A DNA stretch of 64,000 nucleotides from Cercozoa sp. M6MM (Eukaryota > Protista > Endomyxa: Ascetosporea). The stretch lies in NCBI GenBank assembly GCA_040357565.1, contig JBDODJ010000026.1. One strand, given 5' to 3'. Positions 41,829 through 54,467 of the stretch are shown here, piece after piece. The notes beneath the pieces were generated by a model that made no database searches, was not told where the DNA came from, and saw only the letters and a program-made list of their open reading frames with translations. The first letter of the stretch is position 1. Every line of letters starts with the position of its first letter. The translations under genes were made by a program, and so were the position numbers.

Positions 41829-42199
41829 CCACCGGTCCGTTGGCTTCTGCCCCCTGCCCCAGGCGTTTTTGATCTCTCGAGTCATGGGAATGCCCGTGTC
41901 CGTTCCAGTCACTAAAGCGAGCCCAGGCCAGCGGTTTTTCATTTTTATTTGACAACTCATTTACCCCACGAGCAGAGGCGGAGTTTCACTGCCTCTCACA
42001 CTGGTCAGCTGGCGCCTGACCGGCGGTTGAAAGCTCATCGCAGCTAATACCTCAGAACTTGGTCGCTGACAGTTAACAAGCTCCTAGCTTGATCGCCGGT
42101 ATTTATTATAACGGAGGTAGGCGAACAACAAGCATTACGTAAGAAACACGAGTCATTCAAGAGCGTCGAACATGGTTACTGATCGGCAAGGAACGGCAA

Positions 42200-42927
42200 T
42201 TAGAAGACAACGGCGTTCTTCTTCTTGGTGTTCTTCTTCGGGTCGATGAGCTCGAACGTCTTGCAGCGCTTGATGGCCTGCAGCATCACGAGCTTGCACT
42301 TCTTGCACGTGAGCTTCAGCGTCACCTTACGGGTCAGCTTGGCCTACGCAACGGCACAAACACAGCACATAACAGGAATAGAGAATACGGCAGATTTCCT
42401 CGACTCAGATTGTTTCGTGCGTACCTTCTTCTTGAAGACGGGCTTGGTCTGGCCACCGTAGCCCTTCTGCTTGCGGTGGTAGCGACGCTCACCCTGCGCG
42501 GCCGGGCAGCGCTTGCCGGCCGAGTACTGCGAGATGGCGCAGGTGCTGTGCTCCTTGCACTTCCAGCAGTAGGTGCGCTTAACCTTCGGCCACGTAACCT
42601 GCACAGAAACAAAATCGTCAGACATCGGGAAAACGCTCACGATCTAACAATCAGATAACGCGTGCTGTGACGTGCGCATGTGCAGCAAGAGCGACCAAAA
42701 CCCAGCCAGCAAGCAAGCCAGAGACTCTCAGGATTCAGCCAGGCAAGCCGTAAGGCATGCCAGCATTCATTCGCAGAGATGCCCGTCAGCGTCACAAGCA
42801 TTTCGAGTCTGGGACGCGCGAGCACACACACGGCAACGATCGGGAGAAAACACGGGAAACCCGCGAAAACGCGTGAATCGTTGCACTTCGTCCCAGCACG
42901 CACGATTCATAGAGTTCTACGCACCAT
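42200..42927 (-). CDS. RPL44: 60S ribosomal protein eL42 (L44/L36a); exon 1 is only the ATG
   Basis: M|[41 protein letters not shown]|[25 protein letters not shown]; intron 1 = 42599-42924. Confidence 0.97.
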
Positions 42928-43446
42928 TTTCAAAAAGAACGCTCAAACACTCTTTTTGCGGTGTGCTGGGTATTTTTTGTATTTTCCGGTTTTGTTATTT
43001 TCGCTCAGCACTCCGGGTGAAATATGCACTCTCGTGCGTGCTGGCCAAGTGCTAGCATTGTATGTTAGTGTATGGGGTGCTGAGCTGACGATCTAATTTT
43101 AATTCAAGGATCAAACATTTCCAGGCGACTGTTTTTCCATCGTGTGCAGGGCATCTTGATCAGACGATGCTTCGTATTTGGCGTAGTAACTTCCATTTCG
43201 TTGAAAAGTCGGCCACCGATGGCGGCGAGCGCCAAAAAGATTCGATTCCGGTCGGAGTCGAGCGGGTGAACTCGAACTAGCAGCTGGATCGAGTGGCCGG
43301 CGCCGACACTCCGCGTCAAATAAATCGCAAGCGAATTGAAGTATCTGAAAATTTAAACCAAAACGAACCGCCAACGCGAACGCGCGGTGTTTTTAGCGCA
43401 GTCAGTCAATAATTGTAGGGACGGATCGAGAGCGGCAAGGCATGAA

Positions 43447-44731
43447 TCATGACGCCGTTGCGGCAGCGCTGCCGCTTTGATTCTGCTGAGCCCACTCGAC
43501 CAGGCCATTGACGATGAACGGGTGATCGGGCACCTGTTCCAGGCTCATTCTCTCGTCAGCATTGTGCTTCAGGAGCTGTGTCACACACACACGCATACAG
43601 ACAGTAGAGGAACAGGGACGAGGGGGACAAGGTAGGAATACGCCCGAAATGAAGGACTTGGCATTCTCGCTCATGAGTTCGGGTAACTTGAGGTCGACCT
43701 GCGCGATGCGCTTGTAGGTCTCCTTATGACCGCTGGTCTCGAAGGGCGGCGAGCCCGTGATGAGCTCAAAGGTGAGCACGCCGAGTGCCCAGATGTCGAC
43801 GTGAATGCTGTGCTGACGACCCTCGACAATCTGTGCGAAAAACATGTCTGTTTACACCTATAGAGAGGGAAGAGGGGTTGCTGCACCTCGGGAGGCAGGT
43901 AGTCAAGCGTGCCACACAGCGTGGTGCGCCGGTCCTCCGGCGAGTGCACGGCCCAGCCAAAGTCAGCGATCTTGAGGTTACCGTCGTGCGACAGCAGCAG
44001 GTTCTCGGGCTAATGGACATGGACAAACTCTTGCGATAGTACATACTTTGTGTACAAGTGTACATACTCGTGTCCAGATGGGCACAGTGAGGCTACCTTG
44101 ATGTCGCGGTGAATGACGTGTTTTTGATGACAGTAGTTCAAGGCAGAGGCCAGCTGGTTGATCAAGTGTGCCGTCTCGGCCTGTTGTAAGAGCAGTTTGA
44201 TGGTATCCACACACACATAGAGGAGGGCAGAGTGGATGCACTAAATAATGCAGCTACCTCTGAGAGTTTCTTCTGCTTCTGCAAGTGCGTGTAGAGCTCG
44301 CCTCGAGCGGCGTACTCGAGGATGAGGTAGACGCGACTCGCGTCGTGGAAGTAGCCGTACAGACGCAGGATGTTCGGGTGCCGCAGGTGCGACTGAATCT
44401 CAATCTCACGGCGCAGCTGGTGTTCCACCTGGTTCTGCACTCGAGACTGACATCAGCAAGACGCAGAGACACAGAGGCACAAAGACAGAGAGAGAAGCCC
44501 ACCTGCTGCAGTTGCGCCTTGAACATCACCTTGAGAGCACAGACAAACTTGGTTTTCTTCTCGCGCGCCAGGTAGACGTTGCCGAACTTGCCACGGCCCA
44601 GAGGTTTGCCAATGTCAAAGTCGCTCAGCTGCCACACAGCTACATTTCTCATCAGGTCACCGCAACACACAAAGCACCTTCCACCGCCTCGTCGGCTTGC
44701 CGTTGGCGGCACTACTCTCGTTCTCGGACAT
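43447..44731 (-). CDS. Aurora kinase
   Basis: [80 protein letters not shown]. Confidence 0.97.
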
Positions 44732-45131
44732 CTGCGCACATGTTAATTGGATGTATCAGATGTGGCTTGCAGCGGCGCAAGCGAGTCAAGTGCAAACACA
44801 TGTGGAAACTGGCACCAAGCCATGAGGACACAAAACGCACAGCAACCGCCGATCGTACCTATGTTTCACCTGCTTGCACTGCTGTGTGAGTCGGCACGAC
44901 ACCTGGTTTGGCACTCTGCCGCCTTCCTCGAGTTCCTCATCCTGTGGTCCAGGAGCGGTCCTTTCTGGCTCGCCCTTGGCTCATTGTTTTTTCGGGATCG
45001 CTGATCAGCAAAAAGGAATCATTTTGACAATTTCTAGATCTTTGACGCTTCTGGCACGGTTTGATGTTCATCGTGCACAAAGTAGGCACTTAGCTTGGAA
45101 GCGAGTACAATTAAAAATCAGCGACGCCGAT

Positions 45132-46111
45132 TTATCGATTCTTCTTGTGCGGGGGGAAGAAGACCTGCAGTTTCAGAGTGTTCGGCCCGGAGTTTTTGGC
45201 GCGTTCGAACTTGACCTTGGCAGGTGTCAGGCAGTACCGTTCTTGCAAACAGTGAAACAGTTCAGTTTGAATCTTCTCCAGTGCATATGAGTGCTTGAAA
45301 TTGACAAAGTCGCAGAACTTGGTGAACTTGTCGCAGTGTACACACACCGAAGGCAGCTGTTTCCTCAAACTACTGCAACGAGCTGCTTTGCTTGTGTTGT
45401 TGTGGAGCTCTCGAACAACGTCTGCTGCCAGCAAGGCACCGATTGCGGCGTGTACGCTGTCCCTGGAGTTCAGTTTACATACGCAAATTCCTCAGTATAA
45501 TCGTAGATACAACGTAAGACGAGTGCATACATGTTCGGCTGGGTGCGTCCGATGCCGTCCAAGGTGATACATACGCGGTCTGCGAAAGGAGCGGCACCGC
45601 ACAGGAAGCACAAATCCTGGTACAGCGTCGGTCCTCCGCGTCGATTGGCCACGGAGGCAGGCACGAACAGGAACACCTTCTTGTCACTCTCAGGGTCGAA
45701 CATTTGGGCCTTAATAGCTTCGCTCAGAAACACTTGAATGCTGTACTTAGAGTCGATACAAATTTACACCAAATGTTAATGAATTTAGTGATGGTACAGC
45801 TCCATCGGTACGTCGCGCTCCAAACGCATTGTCGTCATTGTTCGGTCACATTGGTATTGCGCACCGAACACTGTGCGTCCCAGTTTCGCTTCATTGAGCA
45901 GCTAACCATGGAAGCCCAGATATAAAGTAAACCAATGGGCGATTTATACGGCGGGGGTGTTTGGTTCTACCTCACTTCGCCGAAGCCAGCGATGCGCAGT
46001 CAGCGAATTCGGCAACTGGAGCGCCACAAAAGAATCCTCAGGCTGAGAATCGTGGCCATCGTCAGCGAGGAAGAGGGGGTCAGCAGCGCAGGAATCGTGA
46101 CTTTGACTCAT
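45132..46111 (-). CDS. Uncharacterised ~260-aa protein, paralog B of gene at 9287-10164
   Basis: MSQSHD..EDSFVALQLPNSLTAHRWLRRSE|LLNEAKLGRTVFGAQYQCD..LYQDLCFLCGAA..QVFFPPHKKNR*. Confidence 0.85.
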
Positions 46112-46402
46112 CACTTCTACTTTGAAGCAAAGTGCTGCTATTTATCAGGCTGGATGCTGACAAAAGATAAACTGATAGTGAAAGCGTTCGGTTTTAACGA
46201 AACCACGCAACCTTTGAGTTTTTGTTTACGTATCGACACCAGCCACGCCACGTGCACGAACTGAAGCTTGACGCCTGTCGTTATGAGAGTTTCTGTTAGT
46301 TCCTAGCACTCGACTGAAGTCGTTCAGGTTGGGTATCCAGCACGTCGCGTTGGCAGGCGCCGGCCATGAACGGAACAGGCGCCGGCGACTTGGGTATCTC
46401 TG

Positions 46403-48416
46403 CTACAGAATAAGACAGGCAGACGGCAATTCCATGCACTCGCGCAGCATGTCAACATCGTCGTTGCTGCCGGAATGGCTCGTTTTTAGCTGGTGGTTTG
46501 ACGAAGGAGGCGACATGCCCTCAAGCATAACTTGCATCAGTCGAACTGGCCACAGGAAGTAATGGAACAATACTGACAATAAAATCAATGCATTCGAGAC
46601 GAAGAGGTGGGACTGTGCCAGTACCTTGCACGGCAGGGTCACCTACATCGCGCCGAACACGCAGATACACGCCATCGATCTCTCTACAGTAATCAGACAT
46701 TTAAATTCGAAAAAATGACCCTTTTGAATAAATCAATCTATGCTGGTTACTCTTGCAGTACACCGTTCGGTGTGAGATGTTCGGTTCCTGTTAACACACA
46801 TGTCATTGAATAANNNNNNNNNNNNNNNNNNNNNNNNNNNNNNNNNNNNNNNNNNNNNNNNNNNNNNNNNNNNNNNNNNNNNNNNNNNNNNNNNNNNNNN
46901 NNNNNNNNNNNNNCAACACAATTAGGGAGGGGTACCAGTTCCGCGCATTAGTTGCTCGTCGTGTGACCAGCGGAAGAGAGCGCCGCCAGTGCGCGTATTA
47001 AATGGGTTCAGTTCTACGAAAGTGCAGGTGTCCTTGAGGAGATACTCTTCAAGTGTGACACATCTGCTCGAGTGATTCGTGTCGATGCCCGTGTTATCGT
47101 CGCGGTGGCCACGGAAGGGTCGAAAGCACAGGTCGACGACAGTGTTCGCAAAATCGATCACACCGTAGTTGTCATCACTGTGGTCATGCTGCAGTCTTTG
47201 CACACAACGGCGTGCACTTTGCACCAGTCGCCGACGCATGAGACTTGCATCACAACCAGTGTCAGGGTGTTCCGCGTCGCACTGTAAGGGAGGCACGGGA
47301 TAAAGAAACAAGGTAAGGTAAATGAGAGGGTACATATGTTCCAGCGTATTCCGGGAGCACGAAATACGGGTTGTATTGCGACACGCAGGTCACTCGGTTG
47401 TTGCTCACAAAAACACGCACTTCCCAAGCGTCGCTGATGGTGTGATCCCAGGGTCGCACACACAGCATCGACAGTGGCACCGACAGCGGCGATCGCTCTG
47501 TCTCGGTGCTGGCACTGTTGACTGTGTCCAAGTACTGCAGGGCACGGCACAGGTCTGTGTGCACGCGTTCAGACGACAGCAGTAAGCACATGGCCTCTTC
47601 AGGCTGAGAGGTGTTTCATAGCTGTGTAAGGGAAGAGAGGTAAGAGTCAAAGCTAGGATACTGTTTCGAGTCGCAACAGTGACTGCTGCATTGCGAAGAA
47701 CTCGCGCAAGCATGCGTTTGTTGCACCGCGTACCTTACGCACTTGTCCCTTCTGGTGAAAGGTCAAACTAACTGATCATGCAAACAGAATACAAACTGCA
47801 TAAATTACGTCAAAGACAAAATCAACAGTGTCGGGTGACACGTGCAGTTGTTGCAGCAGTTGCATCATCCGAAACACTGTTTGATCGCTGCATCAGGTAG
47901 GTTGAGCACAAGATAGTGCAAAGCTCCAGCTCAACAAATACCGCCTATGTGTGGGCAAAATGCCATCCTTCGGCGAGCGAGAGCCAAGCCGCGCGAAAAA
48001 TGCACCGCCACTGCAACAACACAGCAGTTGACAGTATCTGAGTTGGTTACCCGATAATAAATTACCGCCTTTTGCCTGCCTCCTTAAGTTGTAAGTAGAC
48101 CTGTCCAACGAAACGTTTGTCACGTTTGGACAGTGGCTCACTGCCGCAGTACCTCCAGCCTACAGACAAAATACGTAAATGATGATACGCACCAAGTATG
48201 GCAAAGTTACGGTACACGCGCGACAGTGCGCGCACCTGGTCATCGCTGAGTGCTATGAGCGTCGGACGGTCTGTTGGTGCCAGCAAGTGCACCCAGTGCT
48301 GCATGTCACCTACGGTTCATCAAACACTCTCCAAGCAGGAAATACGGGGAAGAGAACACACCTGATGCATCCTCTAGGAAGCGATCGTGGCGTTGAATAT
48401 CTAGATTAGACGCCAT
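46403..48416 (-). CDS. Cdc123/D123-like ATP-grasp protein (spans 100-N gap)
   Basis: FARLGSRSPKDG, LLLSSERVHTDL, WEVRVFVSNNRVTCVSQY, VVDL, FVELNPF..TGGALFRWSHD. Confidence 0.85.
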
Positions 48417-48517
48417 TCTCGCGGGTTAAATGTGCTGAAGACACTTGCCAATTCTTGCCGAACAGCCAGGGGGTGTACATTTCCAGTTTAAATAGCGTAG
48501 TTTACTTAACTAACAAA

Positions 48518-51256
48518 TCAGGCAAAGCCAAAGCCCTCACGCCCCTCGTCGATGGCGACAAAGAGTCGCTTGCGCAGAATCTCGGGCGACGAGTAGCGCG
48601 GCAGGTTGAGCTGGTGGAAGCACGTGTTGGCCGTCGGCAGCGAGGCGTCGCCGCCGCTGGCGCGCGCGATCTGGAAGCGTTGGATGCCATGCTGTCCTCG
48701 CAGGGCAGCAAAGCCTTCCAGCGGCACTACAGCAGAGGGTTGGATAATATTGAGATATGTAGTGGGGGGGGGGTACCCTTGGAGGTGCCGGTAACGAACT
48801 GCAGCAGCGCAGCGCGTCGTTCGTTGCTCATGTCGCGTACGCACTGCCAGAACCATTGGATCTGCGGCGACGTGGCACTGGCGCGGCCGGAGACAGCGCT
48901 GGCACGGCCGGCGACCTCGTAGCCCATGTAGTCGCAGTTGGCCTGCCAGTCGTCGACGTCAATGTCGGGCGTGCCGCACAGCAGCAGCTCGAGCTCGTCG
49001 TCGCGGAAGACCGAGAGCACGCCAAGCGGCACCACCGAGGCCACGCCTTGCCGGAAGGCGCGCGTCTGCGCCGCTATGGCGCGACTCAGCCGGTGCTGCA
49101 CAAAGGCGCGCACGTACTCGTGCTTATTGTCGTCGCTCACCGTCAGTGCGGCACCGTTGGGGCACAGCTCCTCCGTGCGCGTGCGGCCGAATTGGTCCAC
49201 ACTGGAGGGAGGGGAGGTAGGGTAGAGGTAGGGTGGGGGGGGGGGTAGGGGCCTACCTGTCAGCAGTGAAGGGCGTGTCGTCCAGCACGCCAGTGACGGA
49301 GTGATTGAGCATCCACTCCAGCGACCGGTGCAATGCCTCGTCCACCAAAGCCAAGTCATCCAGTCCGACTCGCATGCCGAGTACCTAACGGACAGGGTGG
49401 GTCAGGTTAGGTGGGTAGGGTCGGGTAGGTAGGAGAGCTACCTGCTTACAGAAGGGCCGAGACAGGTGCACATCCAGCAGCTGCTCGTTCTGCAGTGCGC
49501 ACGCCACCAACTGCCCGCAGAAGCGGAACATGCGCAGGTGATCCTGTATGATCAGCCACACGCACACCGTCATAGACAATGACCTATCGGAGTGATCAGT
49601 GTGATCGATCAGAGAAAGGTACCGGCATGACATCACCCGAGTGTGCATTCGGTTGCAGTACGCCTGCCTCACTGGAGACCCACACATACACACATACACA
49701 CATACACACATACACACATACACACATNNNNNNNNNNACACACATACACACATACACACATACACACATACACACATACACACACACACACATAGACCAT
49801 AGACACACAGACCATAGACACAAAGACCATAGACCCACAGACACGTGTCCCACTGGACGGTACCTCTTCCACAGTGCGTAGCCAGGCGAGAACACCGTCT
49901 TGGCCAGCACGGCGTAGAACTCGCGCTGCACGCCGCCCTGATCGACGCCCTCCTCGCCCAGGAACTTCACCGAGAACTCCGCGTACCGCAGCAGGTCGAC
50001 ATTCTCCACATGATCCACCTGTCAGTCACACCATCCCTCAGTCCAGTCACACCGTCTCCCCCGTCATCCCCCAGTCAGTAGGTATCAACAAGTATACCTG
50101 ATCCGGGTGCGCATAGCCGCGCTTGTCGAGCTGCTGGAACCACTCGAGCGCGTCCTCGAAGAGCCGATCGCGTCGCACCGTCACTCGCAGCGGCAGTCGC
50201 AAGAAGCCGCGGCCACTACTGCTGGCACGTGTGCCTGCGTCCAGTCACACAGTGTGTGCACGTGTACATACACGTGTCTCACTGGCCCAGTGGAAAGGTA
50301 CCGATACTCCGCATGTCGATGAGTCGCCAGCGCAGCCACTCGCGCTTCTGCGCGAACGAGAACACGCAGCGTCGCGGGTGCATGGCCAGCCAGTCCATCA
50401 CGGGACGGTTCTCCCTGTGCGCAGGGTGCACACCGTGTCCATCATACCGCATACAGTGTACACAGATGATACCTGCGTGACAGGAGATGTTCGACACCAC
50501 CGCGACGTTGCGTCATTGCGCCTCTACACAAAACCATACCGGTGAGGGGTAAAGATAAGGTAGGCAAGTTCAAGAGGTACATGTTGGCACGCAGTCGTTC
50601 GACGAAGCGTAGCGAGGTGCCGTACAGCGAGGCGGCATCGTTGCGCAGGTCGGTTTGAGCCGTGTCTTCAAGGACCGCCTCCTCTCGCTCCTTCTCCTGC
50701 TGTTGCGACTCAGCTTCCGACTGCTGCTGCTTGCGCGCACTGTTGACACGTGACATCTGCAGTGGCACCGTCGCGTAGTCCTATGTCAAGTGTCGATTGA
50801 TTGATCGGTGCCAATCGTCACTAAGGGAGCGAGATGGGGTACCTCTTCATCACGGATAGCCAGTCGCTGTCGGATGCGCTGGTGGTATGTCTCCACACTG
50901 TCCGGCAGCGCGCCTGTCCGTAGCTGCGGCGGTGCGCAGATGCGTGCCGCCAGGAAACACATCGTCGACACCTGCATACACGTGCACACATACACACACA
51001 CATACTCGCCCCCACTGCAGGGTCGTACCACAGGCCGGAAGAGTTCGAGTGTCTGCAGCGACGCCGACGTGTGTTTACCGGTGTCGTCACCGTCGGTATC
51101 ATCGGTCATCCTGACCGCACCGTCACCGTCAGTGGCACGTGCCACGTCGGCACCGTTCGCTGCGATCGACTCGCGCACCAGAGTGTTCTCGAGACACGTG
51201 AACAGCGACACGAGCGTCGGAAGCACCGCACCGACCCGACGTGCCGCGTCGCCCTG

Positions 51257-51335
<79 letters not shown>

Positions 51336-54266
51336 GGNNNNNNNNNNNNNNNNNNNNNNNNNNNNNNNNNNNNNNNNNNNNNNNNNNNNNNNNNNNNNNN
51401 NNNNNNNNNNNNNNNNNNNNNNNNNNNNNNNNNNNNNGGGAGGGGATAGGGGTTAGAGTAGAGGGGTACCTCCTGCAGCAGCGTGATGAGGTCGCGTGCG
51501 TTGGCGTCGATAACCGAGTCAAAGATCTCCGCAATCACCTGTAGGTTGCTCTGTGCGCCCTGCTGCGACTGATCGCCACGTGACTGATCGCGATCAGCGA
51601 GACCGTTAGTGACGCCGTCGGTGGCACCGTCAGTGACACCGTCTCGTTCCGGGTGCTCGCGCGAGATGGCCACGATGCAGGCCACGACCTGTCGCACCGT
51701 GTCGCGCACACGCGCGTTCTGCCGCCCGGCTCGATTGGCGCACTCGAAGAAACTGCGCCACAGCGTCAGTGACTACACAAACATACACACCGTCAGTCAG
51801 CGAGTTCCAGCGGGTCACTTGGGATCACTTAGGGTCACTCGGGGGTCACTCAGTCACGTGGGACGGTACCTGCGGAGTAAAGTCCAGTCGCGGCACGATC
51901 ACGCCGCCCGATCGCGCGCGCTTCCGGCCGCCATCGCTGTTGTGTTCGTGCACGCGTTGCAGTAGCTTGAGCTGCGTGCAGTCACACCGTTATTGATCGG
52001 GTATCACCTCACTCACTCACAGGGACAAGAGGTACCAACAAGCGAGACAACTGATCCACGACATTGGCCGACTTGGCCACTTCAGTCACAGCGAACAGTC
52101 GCAGCAGCAGCTGTACCACATGCACATGTGAGTCACTCCACTGGGTCACAAGACTAGCACGTGACCTTACCTCGATACGGTGCCAGTTGCACGTGAAGAA
52201 AGCGCCGACCGAACGGCGCAACTGACGACGCGACTCGAGTCGCTCTGCCTCCAGTCCTTCCTCCATGTGGCGCGAGTCGTTGAAACTCTGGCGCAGAAAG
52301 TTCGCGCAGCGCTCCAGCATTACCGTGGGCACTCCTGCGGGTGGGGGTAAAAGTAGAGGTATGGCCAAAGCAAAGCAAAGGCACCAACGCTGCCAGTCTG
52401 CGCAGAGGCGCCGCTGCCGGTGACATGCGACGGCAGCGACTGCAGCAGCGCCGTGTTCAACTCGATGCCGGCGTCGACCGCCAGTTGCTCGCGTTGCTTG
52501 GACTCTAGTGCCACGCCTACTCAATCCAGTCAACACAACCAGCATAAAATAAAAACTCAAACACAAACACAAACATAACATAAACATAAACACAAACACA
52601 AACATAAACACAAACATAAACATAAACACAAACATAAACATAAACATAAATGAAAACATGTATAAACACAGGAAATATAAACAACTTATATAACGAGGTC
52701 TACCTGCGATGAGGCACGAGCACAGGCAGTGCAGCGTGTGCGACAGCACCTGCGGCTCGCGTTCCATGTTGTCGCACAGCAGCTGGTGCACGCGGAAGGC
52801 GTCCTGCATGGCATCCGCCGCGAACAGATGCAGCACCGAGTCCACCACCTCCGGCAGCAGCAGCGACGTCGGCCGCGTTTCCTGGTGCACGGGGTGTACA
52901 CTGAGTACAGAGGAGAGAGGTGTGTGTGGGGGGGGGGTATACCTCCAGCAACGCAGTCGACACAGCGGCGGCGACGTTTCGCGTTTCGTTCGTCGCCGAC
53001 GTTCGCTGTCGCTTCGACGGTCGTTCCGCGTCGTCGTCGTCGCCTGTTTCCTCTGTGTGCACGTGTTCCGGTACACTTGGACAGTCCATTTAAATGGTCC
53101 AGTCTGGACCTACGTTTGGACAGGACAAATACCTGGACGCTCACGCGGCGGCAACTCGGATCGAGCGTCCGCGAAACGACGTCGCCGCTCGTGCATCTCC
53201 GCCAGTCGCTCGTGCACCGACTCGCTCAGCGCCCGTACCGACTCGCTTAGTCCCGGAGCGACGTCGCGTCCGCGCGGACTGCACGCCCCAGCCACATAAC
53301 CCCACATACAGTGACCGTTTATCATTTCACCCCACATGTGTGACGTACCCAGCGAGATTGGCCGACGTCATACGACGCAGCGCATCTCCCAGCTACAGCA
53401 GGGGGGGGGGGGGGGGGTAAGGAAGGCAGAAATACGGGGGGCAAGAAAGGGGTAGGAATGAGGGGTGAGGTTAAAAAAAGGCTACGCCGTCGACGCGGTG
53501 ATGGAAGTTGTGCAGCACACTGAGCAGCGCGTCCTCGAAGGAAGTTCTGGCGCCAGGGCCGCTTGGGGGCTCGCTGTCCTCGTGTCCTCTCTGTGAGGGT
53601 ACAAACCGACGGTACAAGTGTGCATCTGTACGGTACATATGTACGCTGTACACACACTTAAGAGTACCTCGTCGTGTCGACGCTGCTGCGCGGCGCGTGC
53701 CGTGCGCGTGAAGTGCTCGATGGGCCGCGCCTGCCGGTCCAGCATCGCCTTGACGAACACGCTGCTCGGCAGATCCAGCGACTGCAGTTCCTCTATGGAC
53801 GCATAGATTTGTTAAGAGAGAGTGCACATGCAGTTAAGGGAGAGGACATTGTTGTCAAAGGTGTACCATCGGACAACTGGCGCAGCACGGCATTGCGTTC
53901 CTCGTCGGTGTTGGCGTTGTGGTAGCGCGCCAGCACCTGCATCTCCTGCAGCTCCGGCTCGCGCACACGGGGTGCGTTCGCACGTGCTACTCACATGGGT
54001 CAGTGGGTCAGATAGAGGGTCAGACAGTGGGTCAGTGAGAGGGTCAGAAGGGTGGTACCATCCTCCTGCGCGCGGTGGAACGCGATGCGCTGCTGGATAA
54101 AGTCCTGCTGCATCTCGGGTGGAAAGTTCTGCAGAAACACGTAGAAGTCGCCCTCGCGCATTGTGAGGAACTCGGGCTGCTGCTGCTGCTGTTGTTGTTC
54201 GGGTTGTTGTTGCTGTTCGGGTTGTTGTTGTTGTCCGGGTTGTTGTTCGGGTTGTTGTTGTTCGGG

Positions 54267-54334
<68 letters not shown>

Positions 54335-54435
54335 GCTGTTGCTCAGGTTGTGGTGCAGCTACAGAAACACACCCCTCGAAACGTATACAGACACTATATA
54401 TATATACATACATACATCCAGAGATAGATGGATAG

Positions 54436-54467
<32 letters not shown>

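Noticed and set aside
42700-42810. TPP riboswitch suggested by CTGAGA in the eL42 intron
   Set aside because: Other TPP aptamer elements are absent and the host gene is unrelated to thiamine metabolism
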